Source: a virus
IMG/VR virus record: IMGVR_UViG_3300021197_000245
Location: 4,002-68,001 of that record
DNA length: 64,000 bases
Direction: 5' to 3' (one strand)
Of the stretch, positions 29,239-41,000 are shown in pieces. How positions within the stretch are numbered: the first letter of the stretch is position 1; the number at the start of each line of letters is the position of its first letter. The notes under the pieces are model-generated. The model was given only the letters and a program-made list of their open reading frames with translations. It did not search any database and was not told the DNA's origin. Both the position numbers and the translations under genes were made by a program.

Positions 29239-32200
29239 ATGGCTCCTATACTCGATCCTATAAAAAAGATTATTAAGAAACCAATCAAATGGATTGGCGA
29301 TAGAATTGAAGATGTCGGTGACTGGGTTGTCGATGAAATAATTGATCCTGTTGTAGAGACAGTCGAAGGCACTATAGATGCTTTATTAGATGACCCATTA
29401 AAAACTATAGCAACGATTGCACTAGTAGCCACAGGAAATGCGTGGGCTTTGCCTCTTTTAGAGGGTGCTGATGTTGCTGTAAATGGTGGTGATATTGGTG
29501 ATATCCTTGAGGCGACTGCTAAAGCCTATGTTGCACAACAAGTAGGGGCAGCCGCAGGTAATTACGCAGGTAAAGCTGCTACGGCTAATATTACTTCGGC
29601 GGCACAGGCAAAAATAGTAGGTTCTATTGTTGCACAAGGTACAGCTAGTGCTACATCTGCTGTTATTTATGGACAAGATCCTGTTGAAGCATTTTTAAAA
29701 GGTGGAGTACAAGCTGGGGTATCTGCTAGTTTAGGTCAGCTATCAGAAAATACAGATTATCAAAAACTACCACAAGCAGCAAAAAATGTAATAGAGACGT
29801 CTATAACGGCTACATTATCAGGACAAGATGTAACTCCTGCAATGATAGCTGGCGCAGTAACTAAAGCTTATGTAACTGCCGAAACAGTAGGATCATACTT
29901 AAATGAGACTGAGTATGATGAGTTTGGAGATGTATTACCTAAAGATTTTAATGATGCACAAGTTGCAGCAATTACAAATGGTATACTAAACACAGCAAAT
30001 GCGGCTTTTGCAGGTGGAGATGTACCGAAAGCTATAATGGACTCTGTAATGAAGTATGGAGCTTCAGAACTTAACAAGACTATAGATAAGACCGTTAAAA
30101 ACACTATAGATAAAGTGACAGGAAACTATGAAGCTACCGCAGATAAAGCACAAGAAGTTGACGATGCGTTAGATGATTACGAAGCTGCTGCTGCTAATTA
30201 TAATTCTATAGCAGATGAGATGAAGCCTAGGTTTGATGAACGTGCTAGATTAAAAGGTAATGTTGATGATTTAAAAATTAAATTGCAAAACCAAGATCCT
30301 GGCTCAAATGTAGATACAGAAAATAGAAACAAATATCAGGCTATTTTAAATGATTATAATGCAGCTGTAAAAACATATAATTCGTATACTACACAGTTAG
30401 ATAAAGACTATAACGATAATTTTAAACCTTTATTAGATAAATATAAAGCTGAAGCAGACACAGCCTATGGTTCTCTTGATAATTTGACTAAGGAGTATAA
30501 CGTACTAAAAGAAGAGTTAATATCTAGCGGAGATCAGCTAGATGATGTGCTTAAACCCGTACAAAATGCAACAGATAAAGCATTTGTATTGGCTATGATA
30601 GGCGAAGACTTTAATGCAGAAGAGTATGCAGCATTAAACGGTTTGGACGATGGTGGTGAAACAGGTGAAGAGATAGATCCATATTATCACTGGCTTACAA
30701 CAGGTAAAGATGAAGGTTTACCTGTAAATACTGAACAATATAACGAATTTTACTCGCAAAAAAGAAGTGATTTATTAAATGAAGCTTTAGGCAAAGCAGG
30801 GTTAAATTTAAGTAACTTAACCAAAGAGCAACAAAAAACTATAATTGATAACTTTGACGCTAATTATGATGATTTACAGTCATTAAATTTAGTAGACACG
30901 GATAATCTTGGGTTGGATATAGGGTCTGATTGGTTAAAAGATATTATAATTAACAACGACACATTGTCCGCAGAAGAAAAAACAGAATATCTTAAAGGTG
31001 TGGATAGTATTAAGGCAGACACTACACAAACAAACGAAGAAAAATTTAAACAAATACAAGAGATAACGTCTTTACCAAATGTAAAAGTAGATTCAGGCGA
31101 AGTAGTTGCAAAAGCAGAGGGCGTAACTGACGAAGATATAGCTAGTAATAAAGCACGGATTCACGTTGGTAAAAATGGGCTAGTAAATTGGGACGATATT
31201 AGTGGGTTAAGCTATGGAAAGTGGGATTCTACTCGTAATATTTTAACAAGAGAAGTGCCTCATCCCACACAACCTGGAGCAACTACTTTAATAAACTCGG
31301 CAACAGGAGAGTATTTAGACCTAAATCCAGATGGTTCTCCGTCAATGCGTATAACTATATACCCTAGCTTAACTCTTGAGGAATTAAGAGGAGAAGATCC
31401 AGCTACTTGGGCTAAACACGTAAATAGTCTTGATTCTAAAGGTGGGTCAGTATTAAACGAGGTAATTAGTGCTGTAAAAGGTGACATGGTTGACCACTAT
31501 GAGTTAGTAAAAAATATATACAAATATGTCGCTGAGACAGATACAGGTAAAGACATAGTTAATAGTGATGCTTTTAAGAATTTAAGTGGTATTGCTGCAG
31601 AAGCAGGCGGAGAGCTATTACAAGCAACAAATACGTTAGTGCTATTAGCAGGAGTAAACCCTGCATCCACTCCTCTTGGTAAATCTGCTAGAGAAATGAT
31701 AGCTCTTGGCGGAGATATGAAGACTGATGAGTGGAAAGCAGCAAAGAAATCTATAGATGACAGAATAGAAGGTGCTACAGGATTTATAGACACAACAAAA
31801 GCCATATTTGGCTCTTTAGCCGACAGTCCTACAGTTTTCTTATCTGAGTTTATAGGTAAAGAAATATTACAAGAAATACCTATATTAGTCGTTAGTGGTG
31901 GAGTAGGAAACGTCGCTAAAAATTTAGCATTAGAAGCAGGTGAAGCATATGCTAAGAAGTTAGCAACAAAAGTTGGTTATAGCACAGCTTTAACTCTTGA
32001 CGCTGTAGAAGCTTTTGGAGGTACAGCAAACGGAGCCTTTGATGATGCGTATGCAACAGGTTTAAAAGCAGGTATGTCAGAAGAAGAAGCTTCTGCTTTT
32101 GCTAAAGACGTTGCTATAAGAGCAGGCACAACCGCAGTTATGGCTAATTTTACTTTAAACAAAATTGGTGGTGCCGAGTTTGAAAAAGCTATGTTTGGCA

Positions 32201-34452
32201 ACAAAAAAGGTGGGTCCGTAGCAGAGGCATTTAATGCTTTTGGTAAAAATGTAGTTAAAGAGTCTGGCACAGAGGGTATTGAAGAGTTTGCTGGGCAAGG
32301 TATGGTAGAATTATCTGTATACGGTCTAGATCCTGACAGAGATATAGCTGGTAATCTTACTACTAACACTATACTTGGCGTGTTAGCAGGTGGTGGTACA
32401 TCATCTACGTTATTAGCAGGTAAAGGTGCATTTAATCAAACAGGTAATTTTGTATCTAATGTAGTATCAAACACTAATTATGAAGTTGATAAAGTACTAA
32501 AAGGTTATGATGGCACACCTGAAGGTCTAACAGCCGCAGAAACACAGTTAAACAACTTAGGACTAGCTAACAATAATATAGTAAAAACTAACTTACTTAA
32601 CATAATGAGCCCGAGTGACTACACAAGTAGTGGTGATGTAATAGATGCGTTTAAAAACGTAGAGGGGGTATATACACCTAAAAAAGGAGAGCAAGATCAG
32701 TTTGTAGGTAAAACGTCTGATACAGACTTTGCATCTGAGTTTGAGACATATATTGATGCAGGCGTTGTAGATAAACAAGAAATATTAGACTTAGCTACAG
32801 CAGAGGGTATAACACTTACAGATGAGCAGATAGCAGAGTTAACAGGTCAAAAACCTGAAGCAGAGTTTATAGCAGAACAGCAGAAGATATTTGATCCTCA
32901 AGCTGTAACAAAAGAAGAAGCTAAAAAATATCTTACAGATCAAGGATATGATCCTACAGATGCCGAAGTTAATCAGTTTGTAAAACAAATTGAAGAGTCA
33001 AAACAACAAGAAGCCATACAACAATACGCACAAGAACGTCTTACCACAAGAGATGAAGCTGTTGCGTATTTACAATCTTTAGGATTTGATACTAATCAAC
33101 TACCCGCTGAATTTATAGATAGTTTTGTAAAACAAGGTCTACAGACTGACACAGAAAAAGAAATAGCTGAAGCTGCTGATCCGTTCTTTGTAGATAGAGA
33201 AGAAGTTTTAGCACAGTTTAGAGCTGCTGGACTGCCTGATGTACGACCAGAAGACGTAGATAAGCTAGTAGGGCAATATAATGAGTCCGAGCTAGAAGGC
33301 AAAATAAACAGAGCCCTGCGTGGTGCACAATACAACGTGCTTAAATATAACATAGGTGCTCCGTCTACAGAAGATACACCTGCTACGGGTATATTTAAAC
33401 AATTAGAAGAGTTAAAAGCTGCTGGTGCTACGCAAGATGAAGCTATAAAAGCACTTAGTGACCAACTTAATATCAGTGTTGAAGAGCTTACTAATCAGAT
33501 AAGCACTGTAGAGGCTGGACTGCAAGAGCAAATATTTGATGTAGGCGATCAAGTATCTGATGTACAAGATCAACTTACTAAGACAGAAGCATCGCTAACA
33601 CAGCAAATACAACAACTTGTGGATGCAGGTGCAACTCAAGATGAAGCTATACAGTCTCTTAGTGACAAGCTCGGTGTTAGTGTAACAGATCTAACTAGCC
33701 AAATAACAGGTATAGAAACTAAGCTAGGTCAAAAAATAACTGATGTAGAATCAGACTTACTTGAACAAATTACTGGTGTAAAGACTGACATTACAGAACA
33801 AATAGCTGATGTAGAAACTGGTATCACAGATGAGATTACGCAGATAGGTGATATAATTGGTAAACCTGCAGGTGAGGTAACTGATGTAGATATTGATTTT
33901 ATTACTGATCTGATAGCTCAACAAGAGGCATTAGCTGATCCGTCTACATTCGAGCTTACCACTGACATGCTTCAGTATGATGTTACAGGTGATGGTAAAG
34001 TAGATGCCGCTGACCAAACTTTACTGCAAAACGCTATGCAAGGACAGGATGTACAGTTTGCACAAGATTCTAAGTTTGCTCCTACAGGTATATTTGGCAC
34101 AATAGCTGATACAAAAGCTGACGTTACTCAAAACTTTACACAACAAGTAGCAGATGCACAGTCACAAATAGAAACAATGCTTACACAACAAGCAGAAGAT
34201 GAGAAACAAAGACTTGCTCTGCAGGCTCAAAGACAACAAAGACAACAGAATGTACAGCAGTTGTATGGTGCTCTGCAACCACAGGCAGTTGAGGTAAAAC
34301 AATCTCCTCTTGCTCAAATAGGCACACCCTACGATTTTCAAAGCATATTTAGAGATCCAGGACAACAATCATTTTACAGAACACCCTACAGAAAAGGTGG
34401 ACAAGTTACAGAAATTAATGATAGATTATTAAAACTTATAGGAGATAGCTAA
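29239..34452 (+). CDS. Large acidic internal virion/ejection protein (1737 aa)
   Basis: Long ORF in the internal-protein block; coiled coils, Gly/Ala-rich segments, dockerin/EF-hand-like YDVTGDGKVDAAD. Confidence 0.75.
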   Translation: MAPILDPIKKIIKKPIKWIGDRIEDVGDWVVDEIIDPVVETVEGTIDALLDDPLKTIATIALVATGNAWALPLLEGADVAVNGGDIGDILEATAKAYVAQQVGAAAGNYAGKAATANITSAAQAKIVGSIVAQGTASATSAVIYGQDPVEAFLKGGVQAGVSASLGQLSENTDYQKLPQAAKNVIETSITATLSGQDVTPAMIAGAVTKAYVTAETVGSYLNETEYDEFGDVLPKDFNDAQVAAITNGILNTANAAFAGGDVPKAIMDSVMKYGASELNKTIDKTVKNTIDKVTGNYEATADKAQEVDDALDDYEAAAANYNSIADEMKPRFDERARLKGNVDDLKIKLQNQDPGSNVDTENRNKYQAILNDYNAAVKTYNSYTTQLDKDYNDNFKPLLDKYKAEADTAYGSLDNLTKEYNVLKEELISSGDQLDDVLKPVQNATDKAFVLAMIGEDFNAEEYAALNGLDDGGETGEEIDPYYHWLTTGKDEGLPVNTEQYNEFYSQKRSDLLNEALGKAGLNLSNLTKEQQKTIIDNFDANYDDLQSLNLVDTDNLGLDIGSDWLKDIIINNDTLSAEEKTEYLKGVDSIKADTTQTNEEKFKQIQEITSLPNVKVDSGEVVAKAEGVTDEDIASNKARIHVGKNGLVNWDDISGLSYGKWDSTRNILTREVPHPTQPGATTLINSATGEYLDLNPDGSPSMRITIYPSLTLEELRGEDPATWAKHVNSLDSKGGSVLNEVISAVKGDMVDHYELVKNIYKYVAETDTGKDIVNSDAFKNLSGIAAEAGGELLQATNTLVLLAGVNPASTPLGKSAREMIALGGDMKTDEWKAAKKSIDDRIEGATGFIDTTKAIFGSLADSPTVFLSEFIGKEILQEIPILVVSGGVGNVAKNLALEAGEAYAKKLATKVGYSTALTLDAVEAFGGTANGAFDDAYATGLKAGMSEEEASAFAKDVAIRAGTTAVMANFTLNKIGGAEFEKAMFGNKKGGSVAEAFNAFGKNVVKESGTEGIEEFAGQGMVELSVYGLDPDRDIAGNLTTNTILGVLAGGGTSSTLLAGKGAFNQTGNFVSNVVSNTNYEVDKVLKGYDGTPEGLTAAETQLNNLGLANNNIVKTNLLNIMSPSDYTSSGDVIDAFKNVEGVYTPKKGEQDQFVGKTSDTDFASEFETYIDAGVVDKQEILDLATAEGITLTDEQIAELTGQKPEAEFIAEQQKIFDPQAVTKEEAKKYLTDQGYDPTDAEVNQFVKQIEESKQQEAIQQYAQERLTTRDEAVAYLQSLGFDTNQLPAEFIDSFVKQGLQTDTEKEIAEAADPFFVDREEVLAQFRAAGLPDVRPEDVDKLVGQYNESELEGKINRALRGAQYNVLKYNIGAPSTEDTPATGIFKQLEELKAAGATQDEAIKALSDQLNISVEELTNQISTVEAGLQEQIFDVGDQVSDVQDQLTKTEASLTQQIQQLVDAGATQDEAIQSLSDKLGVSVTDLTSQITGIETKLGQKITDVESDLLEQITGVKTDITEQIADVETGITDEITQIGDIIGKPAGEVTDVDIDFITDLIAQQEALADPSTFELTTDMLQYDVTGDGKVDAADQTLLQNAMQGQDVQFAQDSKFAPTGIFGTIADTKADVTQNFTQQVADAQSQIETMLTQQAEDEKQRLALQAQRQQRQQNVQQLYGALQPQAVEVKQSPLAQIGTPYDFQSIFRDPGQQSFYRTPYRKGGQVTEINDRLLKLIGDS

Positions 34453-35210
34453 TGGCTGACTTTTGGGATACAATACTAGGTGCTGGTGACACTGCGTACA
34501 ACTACTTAACCAACACTGGTGATAGTGGTTTTCTTGATGATGTAACAGACATATTTCAAACAGATGATGGTAGTATAGATTTTAGAAGCGTGGCAGGTGG
34601 AGTTGGTGGTTTAGCTAGTTTGTTAGGCTCTGCAGGTGTTATTAGTGGTAATAGTTCTTTAGGTAAATTTTTAGGTGTGGGTGGTCCACAAATGACTGGA
34701 TACCAAGGTAAGATACCTACATACACAGCCTCACGACAACAAGTTCCTGGGTCATTTGATCCTAATCGTAGACCTGGAAGTAGTGGACAACGATATTTTA
34801 CAGACGTAGATTATGGTGGCGGGGATACAAGTGGTGCAGCAGCTGCGTTACAAACAGCTAATTTAGCTAACCCTGCAAGGCAGACAATGTCTGTTCCTAC
34901 TCCTGCACCTCAAAATTTAGCTATGGGTGGCATTGCGGGTATGGCACCTCCTAGATATCTTAGAAGTGCTACAGATGGTATGGCAGACAAGATACCTGCA
35001 AGCATAGATGGAAAAGACCCAGCAGCATTAAGTGGTGGTGAGTTTGTCGTACCTGCAGATGTAGTCAGTGGTATGGGTAATGGTAACTCCGACGCAGGGG
35101 CAAAGAATTTATATGCAATGATGGATAGGGTAAGACAAGCTAGGACAGGTACAACAAAACAAGCCCCTGCTATAGACCCTGACAAAATGCTTCCAATGGG
35201 GAGGGCTTAA
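34452..35210 (+). CDS. Internal virion protein
   Basis: Gly-rich; C-terminal DGMADKIPA..LSGGEFVVPADVV domain. Confidence 0.7.
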   Translation: MADFWDTILGAGDTAYNYLTNTGDSGFLDDVTDIFQTDDGSIDFRSVAGGVGGLASLLGSAGVISGNSSLGKFLGVGGPQMTGYQGKIPTYTASRQQVPGSFDPNRRPGSSGQRYFTDVDYGGGDTSGAAAALQTANLANPARQTMSVPTPAPQNLAMGGIAGMAPPRYLRSATDGMADKIPASIDGKDPAALSGGEFVVPADVVSGMGNGNSDAGAKNLYAMMDRVRQARTGTTKQAPAIDPDKMLPMGRA

Positions 35211-35212
35211 TT

Positions 35213-36127
35213 ATGGCAGAAACACAAGTAGATACAACAGGTGCAGGTGCTTTAGCTACAACTAGTGCTGGAAGTACATTAGGTAAACAAACAGGTACAG
35301 AGTCAGCTCTTTCCAACTATGTTGGACCTTATGTTACAGAGATGCTTGGTCGAGGTCAGGCACTTGGAAGTATGCCATATCAGGCGTATCAAGGACCTCT
35401 TACAGCAGGACAAACCGATTTACAAAGCCAAGCTTTTAGTGGTTTAGCAGGATTAACACTACCTACAGAACAGATGGGAGCCTTCACACCAACGAGTTTT
35501 ACAGATACTGGTACTGCTCAACAGTTTATGAATCCATATTTACAAGGTGCATTAGACCCGCAAATAGATGCGGCTAGAAGACAGGCAGAAATACAACGAG
35601 TTGCAGACGCAGGGAGGTTAACTAAAGCAGGTGCATTTGGTGGTTCAAGACAAGCTGTTATGGAGGCTGAAGGTAATCGTGGTTTGTTAGACAGAATAGC
35701 TAGTATTACAGGCACAGGATATGCGAATGCTTATGACAAAGCTATGCAACAGTTTAATACAGAACAGAACTTGCAAAAAGCTGCTCAAGACATGACTAAT
35801 CAGTATGGTCTGGGTACATTACTCAAACAAGCTGACTTAGGTTCATTACAGCGTGGTATTGAAGGTGAAGGCATTGCAGCTGATAGAGCACAGTTTGAAG
35901 AAGAAAGAGATTTCCCATACAAACAAGTACAATATATGCAGTCATTACTACAGGGTTTACCTCTTGCAGCACAATCGTACACATATCAACAACCTACAGG
36001 GATAAGTGAATTATCACAATCTATAGGTGGTGTTCAAAAGTTGTATGATTCAATATTTGGTGGTGATAAAAATACAGGCATTACAACAAATCAAATGGAC
36101 GCAATAGATACAGGTGATGTGGAGTAA
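35213..36127 (+). CDS. Internal virion/DNA transfer protein
   Basis: Gln/Gly/Ala-rich with MNPY and AGAFGGSRQA motifs typical of podovirus ejection proteins. Confidence 0.7.
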   Translation: MAETQVDTTGAGALATTSAGSTLGKQTGTESALSNYVGPYVTEMLGRGQALGSMPYQAYQGPLTAGQTDLQSQAFSGLAGLTLPTEQMGAFTPTSFTDTGTAQQFMNPYLQGALDPQIDAARRQAEIQRVADAGRLTKAGAFGGSRQAVMEAEGNRGLLDRIASITGTGYANAYDKAMQQFNTEQNLQKAAQDMTNQYGLGTLLKQADLGSLQRGIEGEGIAADRAQFEEERDFPYKQVQYMQSLLQGLPLAAQSYTYQQPTGISELSQSIGGVQKLYDSIFGGDKNTGITTNQMDAIDTGDVE

Positions 36128-36130
36128 AAA

Positions 36131-38062
36131 ATGATAGGTGCAAACTTAGGTTCAGACGTACAAGATAGAGTAGATGCTTATAGAGACAACCCTAAAGCAT
36201 TACAAGCAAGATATACGCAGAGTCAAGAGTTACTTGATTTACTTGCTATGCAAAAAATGAAGTCTGAAAAAGCCGCATACGCTCGTGATATGCAGTTAAA
36301 GATGGAGAATAAACCTACAACCATTGCACAACAATATGAAGCTGAGCTTACAGGTCAGACTAAAAATGACATGTTAAAAAATGTTGGTGGCGTGCTTAAA
36401 AATAAACAAGCAATGGCACAAAAAAATATAAACAAGGTAGCAGCTGGTGATCCTAGAGTTAGTGGTGTAGCAGCTAATCCTTTGCCTCCTGTGGTAAAAG
36501 CTGCAGGTGGTGGTATAATTGGTTTTGCTGCAGGAGATCAAGTACCAACTTCTTTAAGTAAACTTATAGAAGAAAAGAAAGCAGAGTTAGAAAAAAGTTA
36601 TAGGGCTGGAGATATAGATTATGCAGAATATTCAAAGGAATTAGAAAAATTAGACGCACCAGCAAAGATGGGACCTGACAGCATAGCTAGAGATGTTTTG
36701 GGTAAAGACGGTGTAATAAGTAGTTTAGTGGCAGATCAAGAATATGACGACCAGTTTATGGTCGGAGGAACAGATGCAGGTGAAAAAGTAAAGCTTACTC
36801 CTGGACCTTACACCACTGCTCTTACTAATAAACTACAAAGCACAAGCCCTATCGGTGAGTTAATGAAACGAAACATAAAAGACAGAGCTAGTGAAATGGG
36901 TGGTCCTGAAGTTGCTTTAAAAGGTTCTCCGCCTATCTCAGAAAAACCTCCCATGGACATAATGGCAGGTGGTACCGCACGTGAAGAAGAACCAGGAATT
37001 GCTGGGTTAAATGTACCTCAAGTAAAGGGGGCAAAGATTGATCCAAATTTAGTTAAATTTGATCCTAATGACGTAAAATATACTGCTCCTGATCGTAGCA
37101 GTGCTATGAAAGATAAAGTAAAAACAGGTATAGAATCTTTAATAGATACAGATAGAGACGATTTAAGAAAGTATCTTGACGTATCTGATGAGCAAAAAGC
37201 AAAGATAGATAAATTTGCGGCGGATAGAGCAGGTATAACAGCTAATTTACTTGACCCTGAAAAACTTAGAAGAGACAGAATTTCTGCTGGTCTATTAGCT
37301 CCTGGTGGAGCTACACTTGGCGAATCTTTAGGAAATATAGGGCGAGGCATATTAGGTGCAGAAGCTGCACAAGCCAAAACCACAATATCTGAGTTTGACG
37401 CTAATAAAGCTATATTCGATAAAGAATTAGCAAGAAGCCAAGGTATTAAGAAAGAAGCTGTGCTAGAAGAAGGAAAACGTGTATCTGCAGGTATTAAAGC
37501 AGGTACATTGTTCAGTAACCAACAAGATCAAAACCTTAGTGAAGATGCAAGAAATACATTAAAAGCTGACGTATCTAATGCTAGAAGTCAGGATGCTGCT
37601 GATTTACGTAAGATGACATATGGACTATCATTAGTTAAAGAAGAAAATAGAGTTAACATTGCAAATCAATTAGCTGCAAATACTGCAAGATCAAATGAGT
37701 TAAAAGCTGAGTTAAATAAAATAACTAAAGAATCTATGAATGTAAGTAAAATGCAAACTAGATTAAGTGATGTAAATAAACAAATATCAAAATCTGCTAT
37801 AGCAGCAACTGAGGCGTATAAGCGTGAATTAGAAATGGCACAGTTAACACTGCAAGCAGCTTCAAAAGATACAAACAGCCCAGAATATAAAGCAGCGGTG
37901 CAATCTATTAATGATATAAAAGGCAGGCAGAAGTCATTATATGAGTTATTAATTAGAGATCTTACAGCGCAAAGAAAAGATATACTTAGAAGATTAGGTA
38001 ATACTGATGGAGGCGGAAGTAAAAATCTTTCCGCTGCAGATAAAATAGCTGGTGTAATATAA
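36131..38062 (+). CDS. Internal virion protein
   Basis: 643 aa helical protein; AAGGGIIGFAAG motif. Confidence 0.7.
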   Translation: MIGANLGSDVQDRVDAYRDNPKALQARYTQSQELLDLLAMQKMKSEKAAYARDMQLKMENKPTTIAQQYEAELTGQTKNDMLKNVGGVLKNKQAMAQKNINKVAAGDPRVSGVAANPLPPVVKAAGGGIIGFAAGDQVPTSLSKLIEEKKAELEKSYRAGDIDYAEYSKELEKLDAPAKMGPDSIARDVLGKDGVISSLVADQEYDDQFMVGGTDAGEKVKLTPGPYTTALTNKLQSTSPIGELMKRNIKDRASEMGGPEVALKGSPPISEKPPMDIMAGGTAREEEPGIAGLNVPQVKGAKIDPNLVKFDPNDVKYTAPDRSSAMKDKVKTGIESLIDTDRDDLRKYLDVSDEQKAKIDKFAADRAGITANLLDPEKLRRDRISAGLLAPGGATLGESLGNIGRGILGAEAAQAKTTISEFDANKAIFDKELARSQGIKKEAVLEEGKRVSAGIKAGTLFSNQQDQNLSEDARNTLKADVSNARSQDAADLRKMTYGLSLVKEENRVNIANQLAANTARSNELKAELNKITKESMNVSKMQTRLSDVNKQISKSAIAATEAYKRELEMAQLTLQAASKDTNSPEYKAAVQSINDIKGRQKSLYELLIRDLTAQRKDILRRLGNTDGGGSKNLSAADKIAGVI

Positions 38063-38066
38063 CGTC

Positions 38067-41000
38067 ATGAGTCGCATAGATAAATATGCAGACTGGCTAG
38101 TTGAAAATCAAGACAAACAAGGCACTCCTGATTTTGAGACTGTAGTCAATGCTTATAAAGAACTTCGTGCCCAAGAATCTGATTCGTTAGTTGATGACGT
38201 CTTTAAACTACAAGAAGTTCCTGAAGATGTACCCATAGAAACAGATTTTATTGATGAGGTAGAAGAAGCCGTAAAAGGTATTGGTGGGGGTGCTGTTAAT
38301 ATATTAGAAAGTGCTGCCTTAGGTGCTATAACTCCTTTTGGCGAAGATACAGAATCTGAATTACGTGAAACTATACAATCTATAGGTGGGGCTGCAAAGT
38401 CTTTATTTGAAGCTGATGAAGGATCAGAGGACTTAGTTGGTCGTAAGTTTGGTGAAGCTTTAGGATCATTTGCAGGTATACTCGGGGCTGCTGCAATTCC
38501 TGGAATTGGTCTACCTGCTGCCGCTACTTTAGCTATAGGTGCTGGTGCTGGCGAGGCAAGTGAACGTGCACGTGCAGGAGGTGCTACAGAGGGTGAACGT
38601 GCTGCAGCTTCAGGTCTGGGTGCTCTTGTAGGTGCTACAGAACTTATATCTCCAATAAGAATAGTACGTGCGTTTAAGAAAGGTGTGGGCGATCAGGCAA
38701 CAGAGAATATATTTAGTAAAGGTAAAAGAATACTACAAGAAGCTGGCGTAGAAGGCACACAAGAATTTTTAGCTGGTGTAGGGCAAAACCTTATAGAGCA
38801 AAATATATATAATCCAGATAAAGGTACGTTTACAGGTAGTGGAGAAGCTCTTGGTTACGGTGCTGGTGTAGGTGGTTTTGTGCAGGCTGTTATGGAAGTT
38901 ATTGCACCATATAGAGCACGAGGTAAAACTACAGAGGGAGCGCCAGATGAGTCAGAACAGACAAAATTATTAGAAGATCAAACAAAACTACAATTAGAAG
39001 ACCAAAGACCTACTGTAGATTTTGGACCTAAACTACAAGAAGATCAAATACAAGGAGAATTATTTGCCGACCCACTTAAAAATATAGAAGGTGATCCAAA
39101 TGTAGTTGAGCCTGAAGCAGAAGTTAAACCAGAAACAGAGGTAAAAGACGATATCCCTGTGCAAAGAGACATGATTGAAGAGCTTGAAGATGCACAGGTA
39201 AAAGGTTTAATAGATGCAGATGAGAGTGCACAACTAAGAGACATGTTAGCTAAAGACGAAGAAGCTGCAATAAAACAGTTAAAGTCAAAAAGTGAAACAT
39301 TAAACAATATAGAATTAAAACAAGTAGCCACTAGATTAGAAAATAAAAGACAAACAGAAACTGCAGTAAAAAGAAACGCGGTGTTAGACCAAGTATTGTC
39401 TGTTTCCGAAACAGGCAGTCAAGTAAATACAGAAAAAGCATTTTCTAAAGCACTATCAGACGCTGGTATAGCTGATACTGCGCCTAATACACAAGAAAAA
39501 GCAAAGATAGCTCGTAAAACTTACGAAATACAAGAAAGAAAGCAGCCAGCAGACGAAGCCCCAGAGTTTCAACGAGCAGATAAAAGATTTGGTAAAGAAA
39601 GAGTAGCAAGAACTGAAATACCTTCATTAGAAAAAGAAGTAAAACCACAAGCTATATTACCTGAAAGGCTAAGTGCTACTGCATCTCAAGACGTTGCTCC
39701 TGTTGCAGAACCTGCTGTAGAACCTGTCGTAGAACCTGAAAAGCCTGTGGATAAAGTTACGACTGATGTAACACCTGATGAGAAGTTAACAGCTGTAGAA
39801 GAGGAAATTATTGCTTCAGGAGAGGCAAATATTCAAAAAACAAAAGATGCAGAAAAAGAGTTATATAAAGGTATAACAGTTAAAAGTAAGCAACAGTTAG
39901 GTGGCAGAGTAACAACCGTATCTGACGGTAAAAAAGATCTTTATTTTTTGAGAAACCCTGACGATGATAGTTTTTACAGATCATCTGCAGATGGCATGAA
40001 AATGTTAAATTTTGATGGGCAGGATTTTAGTAAGAGTGGGAGCACTGCTTTACCTATTTCTGATAACAAAAAAGACGCTAGTGATATACTTGCGAAAGAA
40101 TTAAAAGGTACAAAGCCAGATGTTACACCAGCCCCTGTAGCGCGTCCTGAGTCACCAACACCTGAAAAGAAGTCAACACGTGTTACTAAACGTGATGCGG
40201 GCCCAAAAGACCCAATGGAAAAGATAGGTAAAACTCTTGGGTTTATTACAAAAACACCTAAGAAAGATGTAAAGAAAGATGTAAAGAAACAAATAGCTAA
40301 ACAGACTGATACAAAAGCACTTACAAAACGTTTTGAAAAACAACAAGAAGAAAACAAAAGAAAAGTTATAGCTAAAGAAAAGAAAACGTCTGCGGAAGAA
40401 TTAAAGAAAGAAGGCGTGTCTAAACCTACGACTGAACAGATAGCTACAAAAACTCAAGATAGAAAAGCAAAGACACAATCTAAGAAAACTGCAAAAGCTA
40501 GTATAGATACAGCAGTTAAAGATATTAAACTTACCGAAAAACAAAAAATAAATGAGAAACAACTTGCTACTTTTGTGCAGGAAGACACTACTCAAAAAGA
40601 CAAAGAAAAAACTAATGTTGTTAATCCTAGTCCTGAAAGAGTAGCCGCAGACAATATTGAATTTTATATGAAAGAGTTTCCTAGTCAGGATGCAACTACA
40701 CAATTATCTGTAAATGAATTACAAACAGTGTTGGACTTGGTAAGTAACCCACCACCAGCTAGTGACATAACCACTCCTAGTAGAGATAAAACAGGTAGAG
40801 CGGCTGCATATATTTATTTTAGTAAGCAAGGAAATCCTAGAGATGTGTTAGATGTTATAGCTCATGATATATTCTTTGCACCGCAAGAAGTAGTTTCTTC
40901 CGATTACGAAAGCAAAGCTAGTCGTGAATATTTTTTTAATGCGAACGAACGAACTGCTATGTTGGCTAGAAAATGGATAGATTCCAACTTAAATAAAAGC

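Noticed and set aside
40255-40290. AAGAAAGATGTA short tandem repeat in the giant gene
   Set aside because: Ordinary in-frame low-complexity KKDV duplication
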